A DNA stretch of 64,000 nucleotides from Amoebidium appalachense (taxonomy: Eukaryota > Protista > Ichthyosporea): assembly GCA_963693365.1 (NCBI GenBank), contig CAVNZM010000006.1:9055355-9119354 (forward strand), given 5' to 3'. Each line of letters opens with the position of its first letter. The first letter of the stretch is position 1. Position numbers and translations under genes: made by a program. This document shows, one piece after another, positions 30,706 to 51,106 of this stretch. The notes below the pieces were generated by a model. It was not told where the DNA came from, ran no database searches, and saw nothing but the letters and a program-made list of their open reading frames with translations.

Positions 30706-31747
30706 CGTGCGTGCATGCCACCGTTATTGTTCGAGTGTGGGGTTGAGGCTAGTGAGAGAGTGACACTGGTAGAACTTTTGTTTCAGAATTTTTCAGCGTG
30801 GTTGACAAGTGTATGTGCCACGGCATTCATGTGTTTGTGCGTACGTGCGTATGTGCATCTGTCACATTCAGTGTCTACCACCTAGACTAGGGTGTGGCAA
30901 CACATTCAGTGCCACACTTGTAAGCAAAGTGTTTTTATGTCATCAATACCTTAACTCCAACAAGGGCTTTAGCTAACCAAGCACAGTGTATAACATGGCT
31001 TTACTTGTGATCACAACAAACAGGTGTAAGCTCGGATACTGAACCAGCTGCCAGTGCTATTGAGAATGCTTTGAGAGATGAAAAGTGAAGAGAGCTAGGG
31101 TTGGGAGGAAAGTATGTGAGGAGACGTATCAAGGAGCAGCAAAGGAGGGGGAAGGAGGGGGGGAGGGGAGGGGGAGGGGACTGGGGGAGGGGGGGGGAAG
31201 CGATATCGGGTGGGGGTTGAGCAAAATAAGATACCTCAGCCCTCAACTTCAATTTGGATGGCGGGGAACCAAGATTACCGCAGTTCTCAATTGTCACGTT
31301 ACTCAGTGTAACATCCGCCTCTCTGGCCACTATTCCACTCACAGCACACCCGGTGACCGTCAAAGAGCCGACTTGTACTTTCATACCCGTTTCGCTTGTG
31401 AAAACTAGCCCCACAGCCTGGTTCTCCCCACATGTTATGACAGTAGGGGCTGCACAGCCAATAACCCTAACGGAACTATCCTGCACGCGGGAAGCAGAGA
31501 ATATGATTGCACTTTTTGCATCGACACTGGCGTAGAGAAGAACGGTAGTGTAGCCTTTGGCATCTGTGGCAAGATCCCTGAGTGATTGGTAGCAAGTGGA
31601 GTCACCCTTGGCTGTGACGGTGCGATAAGGGCAGTTCTCTGCTGTAAACTTAGCGCACAGCTCTTGACCAAAGAGTGATATTTGGCTTTGACACAACCCT
31701 AGCTGACATAGTGAGATAAGGGTAACGAAATACATAAAGGGCAGCAT
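24092..31747 (-). CDS. Receptor tyrosine kinase A: signal peptide, Pmp-like beta-helix repeats, Cys-rich TNFR/EGF-like stalk, TM, tyrosine kinase; ~1440 aa, 6 exons
   Basis: Exons 31747-31235, 30346-29410, 29246-28957, 28539-26802, 25469-25246, 24709-24092 (intron phases 0,1,0,1,0). Signal peptide MLPFMYFVTLISLCQLGLCQS. Repeated FxxNxA..GG(A/G)(I/V) motifs. CTATADTxC repeats. TM IIVGTVVGGVALAAAALLFAWY. Kinase motifs LGAGAFG, CAIK, HRDIAARN, DLGLAR, LPVRWMAPE, DVWSYG, CW..RPTF. Confidence 0.93.
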
Positions 31748-32184
31748 GTTGGACGACGGCCGCTTAAGACCCGCGGAAAAATGGGTGAGTAGGGCTGTGA
31801 GCGTGCTTTCCTGAGTAAGAAGGTACATAAATGGTTTAGGTACTATGTGTGCGCCATCCCGAAGGCCCCGTGCGATTCACTCACTCTACTTCCGGTCACG
31901 TGTACAGTCACAAAATCATGTCCATGGCCTATGCAGCTGGCTAGGTGGACTGGTGGGTGCTTTGAATAGCCTAAACGTGCTGATGTACCTATTAGTACTG
32001 TGTCACCGACAACTTGACAAGACTGGGCAGAGGAGCCTATCAAAAATTGAATGGACAGAAGGATAAAACACCCTATACTCCGCCTGATAAGGGCATGCAA
32101 TAAGTGGCAGACTGGCAGTGTGGCAGAGCACGCGTGACGTTACCGTAAGTGACGAAAATTCCCAGTGAAGTTCTGTGGAACTCG

Positions 32185-32215
<31 letters not shown>

Positions 32216-32496
32216 CCCCTATCTTGAACATGACATCCTTGCGAGAGCAGGTATGCCCTAGAAATGTAAATGTAGTTATAATACGTAGCCACGACCACAT
32301 GCAAACACTGCTGATTCCCAAGCTGTCATTGCTGTGCATTCGGGTCTAACAGCTACTGAGCTGTCTCTCTTTTTGCGTCTTACTTTTCTTTTCAGTCCGC
32401 AAACGAGACGAGCGGAAGGCTTTGACTGTAGTTCAACGAGAGACAGGTCAGTACCTGTTAGCATTCGGGTTACGAACTCACGATCAGTTTGATTTG

Positions 32497-32805
32497 TTCT
32501 TTTTGACTCGGTTTTATTAATCCGTTGATGAAGGCAACGTGCAGCCACAGGCTACATAACCACCAATAGAACTGAAAAAGCCAAAAACAGCTACGAAATA
32601 AAAATAAAGCGACAAGTGACAAAGGACACCAGCGGGCAAAACCTTTAGTGTACGTGTATGCGTGAAACTAGTGTGCTCCAACTAGTCATATGCATGGATG
32701 TTGACCAGACCACACTAGTACTCATCATTACTTCTGCTTCCCAACAGGCCCCCCTCAAAACCTACCGAGGCACAGCAAGCAAGTCAGCCTCTAAAAGAGC
32801 AATGC
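32497..32805. repeat. Dispersed repeat copy 2, within the intergenic region shared by the two RTK genes
   Basis: Near-identical to 1661-1968. Confidence 0.9.
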
Positions 32806-34045
32806 GGAAAATCTCGCTCCTTGCCTGGGGTTTATGTTGCACTACACTGCTTGTTCTGCTATGTGTGTGTGTGGCATGTTGCCGCTTGATTAAAGGTTCC
32901 CTTTTAAGTTATACGACCAGCTGGCTGTGTAAGCACAGTCAATGTTTTTTTTAAAAAAAATATACCAGGTCTATACGCATTTTTCTCGACGCTGCAGCGA
33001 CTGCATGCAAGTGTTGCCCTTATTTTATTTTACCTTCAAATAGCGGTATCGTTGTTTATTATCTAAGATCACTCAACGGTTGTGTTATCAAAAATCAAAA
33101 AATATTCAAGCAAAGCTTCCAACCTTGTGATGAATTGTAGCTAAAGAGTTTTTTTTTTTGTATTTATAGATGGATTCTCTTGACTTTGCCCTGCAGAAAA
33201 AACCCTTTTCAAAAATGTAAACCGGTGACCACTGACCATGTGCATATCATGCAGCATACCCGGGCCACCCGATTGAGATGGGCGACATCCTTATGTCCAC
33301 TTGGGTGTAGGGGGAATGCACGGTTTAACTTTAGCCCTGCTTGACCTTTTTTGACCAATAGGCATGCCTCTTTAGACTCGTAGTGCGTTCCACGCATGCC
33401 AACACGAAAAGTAAAAACGCAATTTTTCCAGAGGAGTTATCCAATTACATTTTCCAAAAAGGCTGAAGATTTCGGACAATCTCACTGATGGCCCGCAATC
33501 TTCTGAACATTCTCCTATTATAGACGACCGAAAATAGCATGCTCCTTGATGTAAATAGCAAGATAAACTAGAAAACGCCACTCAATTTCTGCAAGGGCAC
33601 GGAAGCACAGCCGGATCCGGCAGAGTGGTGAGGCTGTACTGTTGCCAACATGATCACGTTACTCCAGTTTTAGGTCACGTACAGCAAGCAGTTCTAAGTG
33701 TGTTTCGCTGGATAGGATGCATTATTTGTCTGAATAGATGTAGAGCTGCCAGCTAGCCGTCACCCTGCCATATGCTAGTTTGCATTAAGGCCTCATACAG
33801 CACGTACACCGGTACCCTCACCTTTAAAAGCCACCGTTCGCAGTTACCCTCGCTCATCTGCTGCATTTTGCTGTTTTCCTGCCAGTCACAAAGTCTCTTC
33901 CGAGTTTGGCAACATACTATACACTTCCTTCACACTATCTTCCAGCTGTGCACGTTTTGAGGCCACAGGCACACACACCTCTTTCTCTCTCACACAGACA
34001 ATAATACGAGGGCTACCGGCCATGCTTCAGTAGCACAGCATAAAC

Positions 34046-37012
34046 ATGGCTTTCCTTGGGGCCGTGAGCCGTTGGGCTCGACTACCTTTATTAGCTGCCC
34101 CTCTTATTTGGTCTTCCGCTGGCCAACAAAACAACTACTCTCGGCTTTCATCTTCCCTCACTTCGGCCCAATCAGACGCAATAGGTAAAACGTGCACAAG
34201 AAGCACCCAGACAAGCTGTCCCATAGCTTTCATTAACGACCAGGGGGAGTCAACCTGCTATCAAGCAAACGAGGTGCCTTCACTCAACGTCACAATCGAC
34301 CAAACCATCACTGTTTGTGTCATAACCGGCGAGGCGTCTCCAAAAGGCTCAATCGGTTGGCCTAAAGATTTGCAGTTAGCAGGCAAGACTGAGCTTGTAG
34401 TGGTGGGGTGCCCAGGTAAAACTGCAAGCATAGGGTGTCAGGGGGACCACTGGGCCATAGACGCCGAACACGCCAAGGTGGTGGTTAGTGACGTCAGCCT
34501 GACGGGCTGCACTGGTGGGGCCGTGAGGGCGCAGGAGCTGAGTCTTTTCGATGTCAGAGTCAGCAAGTGTGGCAGCAGCCAGCGGGCCAACGTGAAGGTA
34601 AAAAACCTTTGAGTTGGGCTCTTATCAGCCACTGCCATCACTAGCGCCTCACTGCAGATACACTCTTGTGCCTCTTGTATCTCGGTCCTGTGCTTGACCC
34701 GCACATATGTCCTGCACTGCGCTACCAAACTCACCACAAAAGAACGTCTTGAAACGGGCCAGCTGACAACTAAACGGTGTGTGCCAGTGGCGTGCCACAC
34801 TGGTAAACACTTCACACAAACCGCACACACACGTCCACGTCGCACCACCCCCAGCACATTGAATCGCTAACAGTCTTCAGTTCATGCACTTTGTACTGTA
34901 AGATTTACACGTTGCACCTAAACTAGGTTACACGAATCCTGTTAAGCGCATCTTAGAGGTGCAGATGTGTTATTTGTGCTGGGAGAGACTGTGGTGGGGG
35001 CCGGGCGGGAGAGGGGGAGGGGGGGAGCTGTTGGACATGGGCTCCCAGGACTCGAGGGGGAGGGGGGAGGCGGGACCCCGAGTCATTATCAATTGAAAAA
35101 TGGTAGCTCCCCAGTCTCGGATTTTTGTAGACGACGGTTACACACGTACTTGTGGCCCACCACATGCATACATGAAAAAGGGTGTTGCTCTCCTGTACGC
35201 AGCACTGAGTGGAACTTGGAAGTTGGAACGTATGCTGCATACACACACACTATTTATGCGACATACGCACATGCTAATCATGCTACATACGCACACGCTA
35301 TTTCAACATACCGTGACACATGCTACATACACACATGCTGTTCATGCTTCATGATGGACATGCTATTCATGCTAACTATTTACATGTATGGTCCAACATA
35401 CACACGTGCTATTATAATTCATGCTACATGCACACACCCTATTTATGCACATACGCACACAATATTTATGGTAGCTACACACGCACACAATTTTTATGCT
35501 ACAAGCGCATGTGCTATTCACGCTGCATACTAGCGTGCTGTTCGACCAGCACACACACATGCTTGATTCGTGCTGCCATGCGCACAGGCTATTTATCCTG
35601 CACGCACATGGGCATGCTAGTCAGCTACATGCACACACACTATTCATGCTACATACGCACACACTATTTATGCTTACACCGTCACATTCTACTTTTGCTT
35701 ACTAAGTACATGTGACGCACATGCTATTGCTACTATACGGCACGTGTACTTCGATAGTTCACACGTTCATGCTGTAACAAGAGCAATCAGTATACACACA
35801 TGCCAGGCATGCACATACACGGCCAGTTGCTGCACGTCACAAACCAACACATATTTAACACTCCACTGACAAACATGAGGACTTTCCTTACACACTTGAA
35901 GCTCTGCGTGCAGGGCCTAGTTCGCGTACTACACATCCAAGCACCATAATCTCTTCTTCTTCAGCGCATCTAGTCACCACGCTCGGTGCTAAACACACTG
36001 GCATGCATATGCATGCTCAACCTCGACTCGGTATCACTTGTGTCAAGTCTTTTAACCACACTGCATGCAGGCCAAGACAGGGGCCGTTTTTGTCCTAGGT
36101 GACGTCACAGTTGTACGGAGCACTTTCACCAACAATTCCTCCCCGTTGGACGGGGGGGCGATCTTGGCACTGGGTGTGATAAATGTTTCCGATTCGGCTT
36201 TCGAGGGCAACTCAGCTGGGAGCCAGGGCGGAGCTTTGCGATCCCAAAAAGACATCTACGTGTACAACACTTCCTTTTTGGGAAATACGGCGGCTGCCGG
36301 AGGTGCTCTGTATAGTCTGGACCATGCGGTTGTGCGCTTGTCTCAGTTCAACAACAACACGGCGATAGCGGAGGAGGCAGATCTCTTGCGCAAAAACACC
36401 GACAAGACGACCGGGACGGGCGGTGCGGTGTATGGGACGAACACAAACATCAGTGATAGCACCTTTGACGGCAACCAAGCAGGAAGTGGTGGCGGTGCGG
36501 TGATGGCGACGGTTAATGGAACGTACACAAACTGCACGGTAGAAAACAGTCGGGCTGACCGTGGCGCAGGGATTTCAGTTGGTTCAAGCTGCAATGTTCG
36601 CGATTCGAACTTCCGGGGGAACGTTGCCGTGAACGGGGGCGGAGGGTTGCGATGTATGGAGCACACATACGTGAACAACTCAGTGTTCGTCGATAATGTT
36701 TCTGGAACAGCCGGAGGTGCCGTGTATATGAACCAGCCGTATATGCTTATCGAGCACACAAACTTTCGTAACAACACGGGGCCCTTGGGTGGGTCCATCC
36801 AACTTATCGATGGCACAATAGCAAATAGCAATTTCAGTGAAAACCAAGCCGACCGTGCAGGAGGTGCTATTGCCGGATTTGGGGAGGTTAACGTGACTGG
36901 GTGTTTGTTTGCGTCAAACAATGCGGACATTGCGGGCGGAGCACTGTTAGGTAAGCGGACCTGTGGTGTTGTGGCTTGATTGTTCAGGAAAACAAAAGCT
37001 GATATTCGGCAA

Positions 37013-37087
<75 letters not shown>

Positions 37088-40000
37088 CTCACCTCTCTAG
37101 ATATTGCTGCCAAGCTCCTTCACTCACGCCCAGACTTTCTTCTCCTCTCCCTCCCCTCTGCCCTTCCCCTGAGCCATACACTGTACATTTTTTGTGTCCT
37201 TAATTGCAACCATAGTTGCATTCACATTGTTCTGTTCATCACGGTGAATGTGTACTTCGTACTATGTGACGCACTGTAAACTCCAACCTTGGCTGAATGT
37301 TACCTCGCACCACGAACTAAAGAACACCATTCAGTGCCTCGGGCTCTCGGGATTTTGTCTCTGTAATGACTTTGTTTCCCCTTTTTCCGTGGCCGTTTTT
37401 GAGGCCAACTTATAATCGGGTCATTCTCAAATCCTCGTCGTTCTTTTGGCCAAACCCCACCTTTTATCACCGCCTCTGTGGCTAACTTGCAGGATTTTCA
37501 ATCCATTTCATGCGTGATTAATGATGCCTCTCTGATTAATAATGATGTCAATATGCTTCGTACGTTTTGTACCTACACACACACTAAGACTCCTTCGACG
37601 CTGCAGTGGGGACTGGCCTTGTGAAGCTCTCTGCCTTCATCAGCAACACCCTCTGCAAAAAAGCGGCAGACATGAGCGAGTGTTGGGGCCGGGGTGGTGC
37701 CATCAACATACAGGAGTCGTTGAGTATCGAGGATTCGTCCTTTTTGTACAACACTGCACGAACTGCAGGTGCTGCCGTGTACGGGGACGGCCATTTGAAC
37801 ATGACGCGGTGTCAAATGCATGAAAATACCATTGATGAGGTGACGGGCCCAGAGGCTGGCGCGGGGGCAGTCATGATGACCGGCAATTTGACTATCGATT
37901 CGTCGCTGTTCAAAAAGGTGTTGTGATCATTTCCTCTCACACATGAATTGCACAGCTCCCAGAATGATTATCTGTGCTAATCACTTGAAGTGCTTGGATA
38001 ACATCTCGACTTTGGTTCCTTGTTCTGATTGCTTACTTACAGGTTATCTACGCAACCAGATTCTCTCTCCCGTTAGCGATGTATCTTGGCATAAATTGCA
38101 TTATCCCAGTCAACGGATGCGACAGACTGCTGCCATAAGATTGATACCTATTTCAGATGTGTGTCGGCTGTTTTGATGGTCTATTCCACGTACGTAGACC
38201 AGTGGCCGAAAGTAGGCCGACAGTGTTGATGCCCATAATTTAACATAAGACACGTGACAATGGAACTAGGGGCGTTGCACTTACTAACTTAACCAAACCT
38301 GCTCAGAATGTCGGGGCCATCGGTGGGGCAGCCAGCACCACTCAGCAGCTCATCAGCCGCAACAGCAGCTACATCAGCAACCGTGCAGCTACAGGGGGGG
38401 GGGCTGTGGTCTGGGGCCACACTGGATCTTGAGGGCCAAAACAACTTCAGCTGCAACGACGCCAGTGAAGACGGGGGGGCCTACTACGGGATGGGCAAGG
38501 TCACGGTCGACCTGGCCACCACCCTGCTGGTCAGCAACAAGGCCGGTGCCAAGCACTGTGCGGGGGTGGGCAGCAATGGGGCCAGCTGCGACCCAAACAC
38601 CATCGAGGACTACTGCCAGTGTGAGTTCGCGCAGACCAACGACACGTGTGGGGCCCCCAACAGCCAGTGTGTGAGTGCCCCCAACACCGCCCTCGGCTAC
38701 CAGTGCAGCTGCACGGCCCCGGGGCTGTGGGCCCCCCAGGGCCTCGGCTGCCGGCCCTGTGCCAGCTGCGGTGACGGCAGCCAGCTGGCTGCCTGCACGG
38801 CCACGGCAGACACGCAGTGTGCCTGCCCTGCCAACCGCACCGGCAACAACTGCGCCCAGCCGTGCGCCCTGCCGCCTGCCTGCCTGGCGGCCGACCCGAC
38901 CACCCCGTGCACATTTGATGCGGCCAATCCGGCAAAGGGGGTGCGGTGTCTGCAGTGCAAGGCCGACCACTTTGTCGACAGCCAGGGCCTGTGCCAGAAG
39001 TGCAGCACCTGCGGCTCTGCCGGCACGTTAACGGCCAACTGCACGACCACTGCCGACACCGTCTGCCTGTGCCCCGTGGGCAAAACCGGCAACGATTGTG
39101 CCTCGGACTGCCAATACCCCCCCAACTGCATCAACGTGGACTCATCTTCGTTCCGCTCGTGCTCATTCAACCGCAGCGTGTTCTACCTGGGGGTCAAGTG
39201 TCTCAACTGTGACGACAACTACTACCTGCTCAACAGTACATGCCACCCGTACACTGTTTGCACGAACGGCACTTATGAGTCAGCAGCCCCCACGGCCACC
39301 ACCGACCGCCAGTGCATGGCGTGCCGTACCATTCCCGACTGCCAGGTGGCTAAGCCGTGTGCCGGCACCCAGGACACCACCTGCCTCACCTGCAAGCCCG
39401 GCTACCTCGGCAGTCTGTGCGAGGTGTCATCGGCCGGGCAGAGTGGCAGTGACACCAACGTGCCCGTTATTGTTACCAGCGTGGTGGTGAGCGTTGTGGT
39501 GGTTGCATCTATTATCGGGGCCTTGTGGTATCGCCGCAACCGCACACGTGCCCTCAAGAAGACTGTGGAGCAAATCCTTGCCGAGCGCATCTACGACATC
39601 CAGAAGACCCACGAATGGACCGACGCCGGTACCACCGAGGCCGACAAACTTCTACGCAGAGTCAAAGGCACCAGCGGCCAGATCACACGCAGCCAGTTTG
39701 CACTGCTCGAGGAACTGGGCTCTGGCGCATTTGGTACCGTGCACCGCGGGGTTGTGTTTTCTGCCGGCCACGCCGTGGTGTGTGCCATCAAAATGACGAA
39801 GCAGCAGGATGAGGCGGTGCGCGCCGAGTTCCTTCGGGAGGCCGAGCTGATTAAACATCTGGACCATGAAAATGTCGTCAGCACGGTGGGGGTGTGCATG
39901 GAGGAGAGCGGGGAGCTGTATCTGCTGCTCGAGTTTATGCCTCTCGGCGACCTGCGCGGCTATATAAAGAAGAACCCCGACACCAGCCCCCTCACCCGCA

Positions 40001-40356
40001 CGTGGTTTGCGTTGGAAATGGCCCGTGGCCTTGGTTATTTGGGTACGTTGCCTCTAGTCTCCCCCCTTCCGGCCACACCCCGCCCCGCAGCCAAATCCCC
40101 CCTCCCCCTCCCTCCCCCTCTGTCCCACTCTTATTTCGATTTCCCCTTCCCCACTACCACCACTACCGTTGTTGTCCCACAAGTATATGCCCCCAAAACA
40201 CACCGATTGAACCGTTTAGATTAAGCAGACAAAAGCACATGATGCACACCCACACTGGTGCCGTGGGATCTTGTTGTACCAACGCTGTTTAATAACCCTT
40301 GCTACCAACACCTACCATTTAACACACACCAAACTCACACACGCACGCAAACACAC

Positions 40357-40450
<94 letters not shown>

Positions 40451-40734
40451 CCTACAGCCTCCGAAGGCATTATCCATCGAGACATTGCTGCCCGCAACGT
40501 TCTTGTGGCTCCTCCCCGGCCGGGCAGCCACGGGCAGCCCACAGCCAAAATCAGTGACCTGGGCCTGGCCCGTGTGGCCGGGGCTGAGACGCAGACATAC
40601 GTTAAGGCAGACAATGCCGGTGCCCTGCTGCCCGTGAGGTGGATGGCCCCAGAGGCAGTATTTGACGGCACATATTCCCTGGTGTGTACCCCCCCCCCCC
40701 CCCCTCCCCCCACCCCCTCCCCCCCCCAAAAAAA

Positions 40735-40802
<68 letters not shown>

Positions 40803-41889
40803 GGGGCCCCAACTGCTGGTTTATCAGGTGCATTTTTTGTATGCATTGCAAATCTTGCATTGTGTTGGTTGTCGTGAATGTGCACTCCGTGTTCGGTGAC
40901 ACACACCCCCTCCTCCCCCCCCCCCCCCCCCCTCCCCCCTCCGGCTTCCTCCCCCTCCCCCCCTCTATCTCTCTCTCTGTCTCTCTGTCTCTCTGTCTCC
41001 CTTCCCCCCGCCTAACACACACGCGCACGCACGCACACCCACACTATAACCTAGTTGGTTCTTCTTGCATACACACCTAGGGTGCACACTGGCTGCACCA
41101 ACAAGGCTTACCCATGTTGCAGGAGTTCCCCCGCCTCCTTTGCCTCCCCCATCCTCCCCATGAATCCTAGATGAGCTGGCTTCAAGTTTGTGTTTCAGAC
41201 GTTGTTTGCATTTCTATTCATTCCCTGGCCATCTACCGTACTCCACCAAACAGCACACACCAAACCCCCCCACACACACACAAAGAACCCAGATCCAGCT
41301 TCTCCACTCCACAATGTGCTAATCATATTGTATTCCATAGGCCACGGATGTCTGGAGCTTTGGAATTGCCGCGTGGGAAACCTTCACCAACGGCGAGCTT
41401 CCCTTCGAATTCCTGCAAACACCCGGCCAGGTCATTCAGGCCATCCGTCACGGTGTGAGACTTTTGAGACCCCCCGAGTGCCCCGAGGAAGTGTATTCAG
41501 TTATGTTTGAATGCTGGAACCAGGATCCCGATTCGCGGCCGAAATTTACCGAGACAATACCGAAACTGGAGCAAGCGTTCAAGGATTTGTACGGAGAGGG
41601 GTACTCTGAATCAGAAGAAGAGGAGGAAGATACCAAAGTGCAGGCGGAAGCGGAGGGGGCATATACGCAGATGGCGGCAGATGAGGTGGAGTGGCTGAAG
41701 TCGAGAGAATCAAAGGAAAAAGCCATCAAGGAGGGGGTGGTGGCAGACAGCGGGTACCTAATTGTCGATGTGGCCACATACTTGACCGACACCGCGCCAT
41801 ATGAGGTGCCTACTGAACACCCCACGTCTGGGGTCGTCGTCAATGATGAGGACTTGAAGGACCAAGCTCCCACAGAGGGCGGGGAATGA
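34046..41889 (+). CDS. Receptor tyrosine kinase B, paralog of A; ~1415 aa, 6 exons; apparent +1 frameshift in a G10 run at 38394-38403
   Basis: Exons 34046-34597, 36071-36950, 37607-37917, 38307-40042, 40458-40681, 41341-41889, with the same intron phases as RTK A once one G is removed from the run. Signal-like MAFLGAVSRWARLPLLAAPLIWSSAG. FxxN..GGA repeats. Cys-rich stalk. TM VIVTSVVVSVVVVASIIGALWY. Kinase motifs LGSGAFG, CAIK, HRDIAARN, DLGLAR, LPVRWMAPE, DVWSFG, CW..RPKF. Confidence 0.9.
35230..35780. repeat. Degenerate ~22-24 bp minisatellite in intron 1 of RTK B
   Basis: Recurrent unit approximating cacatgctatt(c/t)atgctacatacgca, in many diverged copies. Confidence 0.75.
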
Positions 41890-42916
41890 TGCGGCACTCG
41901 GAGAACAAATAGAATCATATATGACGGTGTGAATGTGTGTGTGTGTGTGTGTTAGCGTTTGTGCTTGTGGTAGTGGCTGCGTGTGTGTGTGTGTTTGCGG
42001 GGAGGGGGGGGGGGAGGGGGGGGGGGGGGTTAAGTAGCAGTTGCGAGCAGTAAAGCTGATGACATCATCGGAAGTCACAAAACAAACCCATCGTATGTTG
42101 TGTGCTCACTCACCTGCACACACTTCTGCACGCACACATGTAGCAGCCCACGGCCATGTATGCAGACACGCACGAAGACCATAACCATAGTACCGCACAA
42201 GTATAACGTGCACTCTCTCTTCAAAAAACTGCTTGCAAACCGTCATTGCTGTGTTCACATAGATTGCGTGTTTGTTTTTTTTCGTTTTTTTTTTAAAGGT
42301 TTTAGTCAGGTTGTGCAAGTCGAAAAGAATTTCCTTGTCGTTTTGTATTCATTAGCGCGGTCTACCCCTCCCTTTATATATATATATATCTTGATTTGTA
42401 CCCACTCTTTCAGACCCCGGATTTTTGATCGAATTCTCCATAAATATAGCTCTTTTGACCTTCTATTTATGATTATGGGGCTCTAAGAGTTGATGTTCAG
42501 ACGAAGAAAAATTAGCTGATTTGCCTTGTGCAGCTATCTTACAGCATCTCGAGGTAATTCTCTTAGCGGGTTTAGTGTGATGATTTGAACTAGGAGAGAT
42601 TAAGGTATCACTTCGAGTCTGTATGATAACAGTATATCAATTCTTAGATAATCAAGCAATAACAACGATGGAATATATTCAATGATTAAGCCGCCACGGA
42701 TCAGTCAGTAACCGCTACGGGCGGCTGATATTCATTGAGATGCAAGTTATGCATTGTACATGTACACTCTTTTCTCCCCTCCAATTCCCCACCACATGCT
42801 AAATTGCGTGATACATACTATATCTTGCACCTGCAAGTCACACGTGTTTCTGAAGTGTATAAAATGCACGGTTCAGTGTGACGCTGTGCATGTTGCAACA
42901 GAAGCAGCCACATTAT

Positions 42917-42953
<37 letters not shown>

Positions 42954-43918
42954 CCCCAAACACACACACATACACACACACACATTGAATTTCACACACA
43001 CACCGTCCACCACCACCACAGTGACCCCCACCCCCCACCCACCCAACAACAACGACAACATGTACAACCACCACCACCACAACAACAACAAAAAAAAAGA
43101 ATAGAAAACAAGGGCTCTGTGGCCCCTCCTAAGCCCCCCAGACTGATACACAAGCTCTTCTTTAATTAGGAGCACTTGCCGTACTAAACCTTTACCCGAT
43201 GCTGAATACCCATGCCATACCGCCTTCTTTCTTTTCTCGTTTCCGTTCTATTGGACGTGTATGAACCAATTGTGAGGGTAACCACGCCCGGTACAGGCAT
43301 GGTTCAGAGGGATTCTATAATATTAGGCAGAGTCACATGTGCACACATCCATTTCGAAACCTTAGTAACCACATGCCCGGGGGGGGGGGGGGGGGGGGAG
43401 GGGGGGGGGGGGGAGCGGCCCGGCGAAAGGGGGGGGGGGGGGGGGGGGCTCTGGCCCAATCTAGGGAAAAAACACGGGATGAACTCACCTTCTATTCGAA
43501 ACCTGCAAAAGAAAGTTGATGCATATAAGAATCCGGGTATGATCTAACAAGAAAACTCGATGTGCATATGCATGCGGAATTATTGCTCAGCCTCTAGGGC
43601 CGGTGAGGGTCAAAGCGCACTGGGTGATTGCTTTTATTGGCAGCCAGTGCCACATAGGTGTTGATGTCTTTACTTGATTCTACCCGAGCATATCAGAATT
43701 CATACAGAAAGTTACATGCACATCATACATACCACTGCAAGGTGATGCTTGCAAAAGGATAAAAAGAAAAAGGGCATTGATTCCAAGAGAGACGCAAGAA
43801 GAAAACTTGAAGAAATGTGAAGGGGGCCAAGGTGTGTCCTAAGGGTCATACTACATACGCGTACATGTATGTGTGTGCGTGTGTCTGCGTGGGCGTGTGT
43901 GCCTATGCATGTCTGCGC

Positions 43919-43985
<67 letters not shown>

Positions 43986-44351
43986 CGCACTTGCAATGTT
44001 GTGTGTACATAGGAACATGCATGATGGTGTCCGAGCCTGTGGTACAGCAAAAAAAGAGGCCAAATCCGAACATTACACAATTTGAAATGCTAAGTTCGCA
44101 CACTTCATATGTTTCTCTCAGCCCACACACCATTATGAACGTGTCACATTTGCCCCAGTCATGCATGCTTCAACAACTACCAAATGCCGCATTTCTAGCC
44201 AACAGCTCGAAAACGCCACCAACACACAAGATGTGAGTGCTCCACAGTTTGTGTGTGTGCGTGCGTGCGTGCGTGCGTGCGTGTGTGTGTGTGTGCGTGT
44301 GTGCGTGTGTGCGTGTGTGTTCGGTGCATGTGTCTGTGTGTGTGTGATGTG

Positions 44352-51106
<6,755 letters not shown>

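Noticed and set aside
31890-33685. GGTCACGT(G)TACAG-like motif near both RTK starts
   Set aside because: Short, and in opposite orientation relative to each gene, so it cannot be distinguished from chance.
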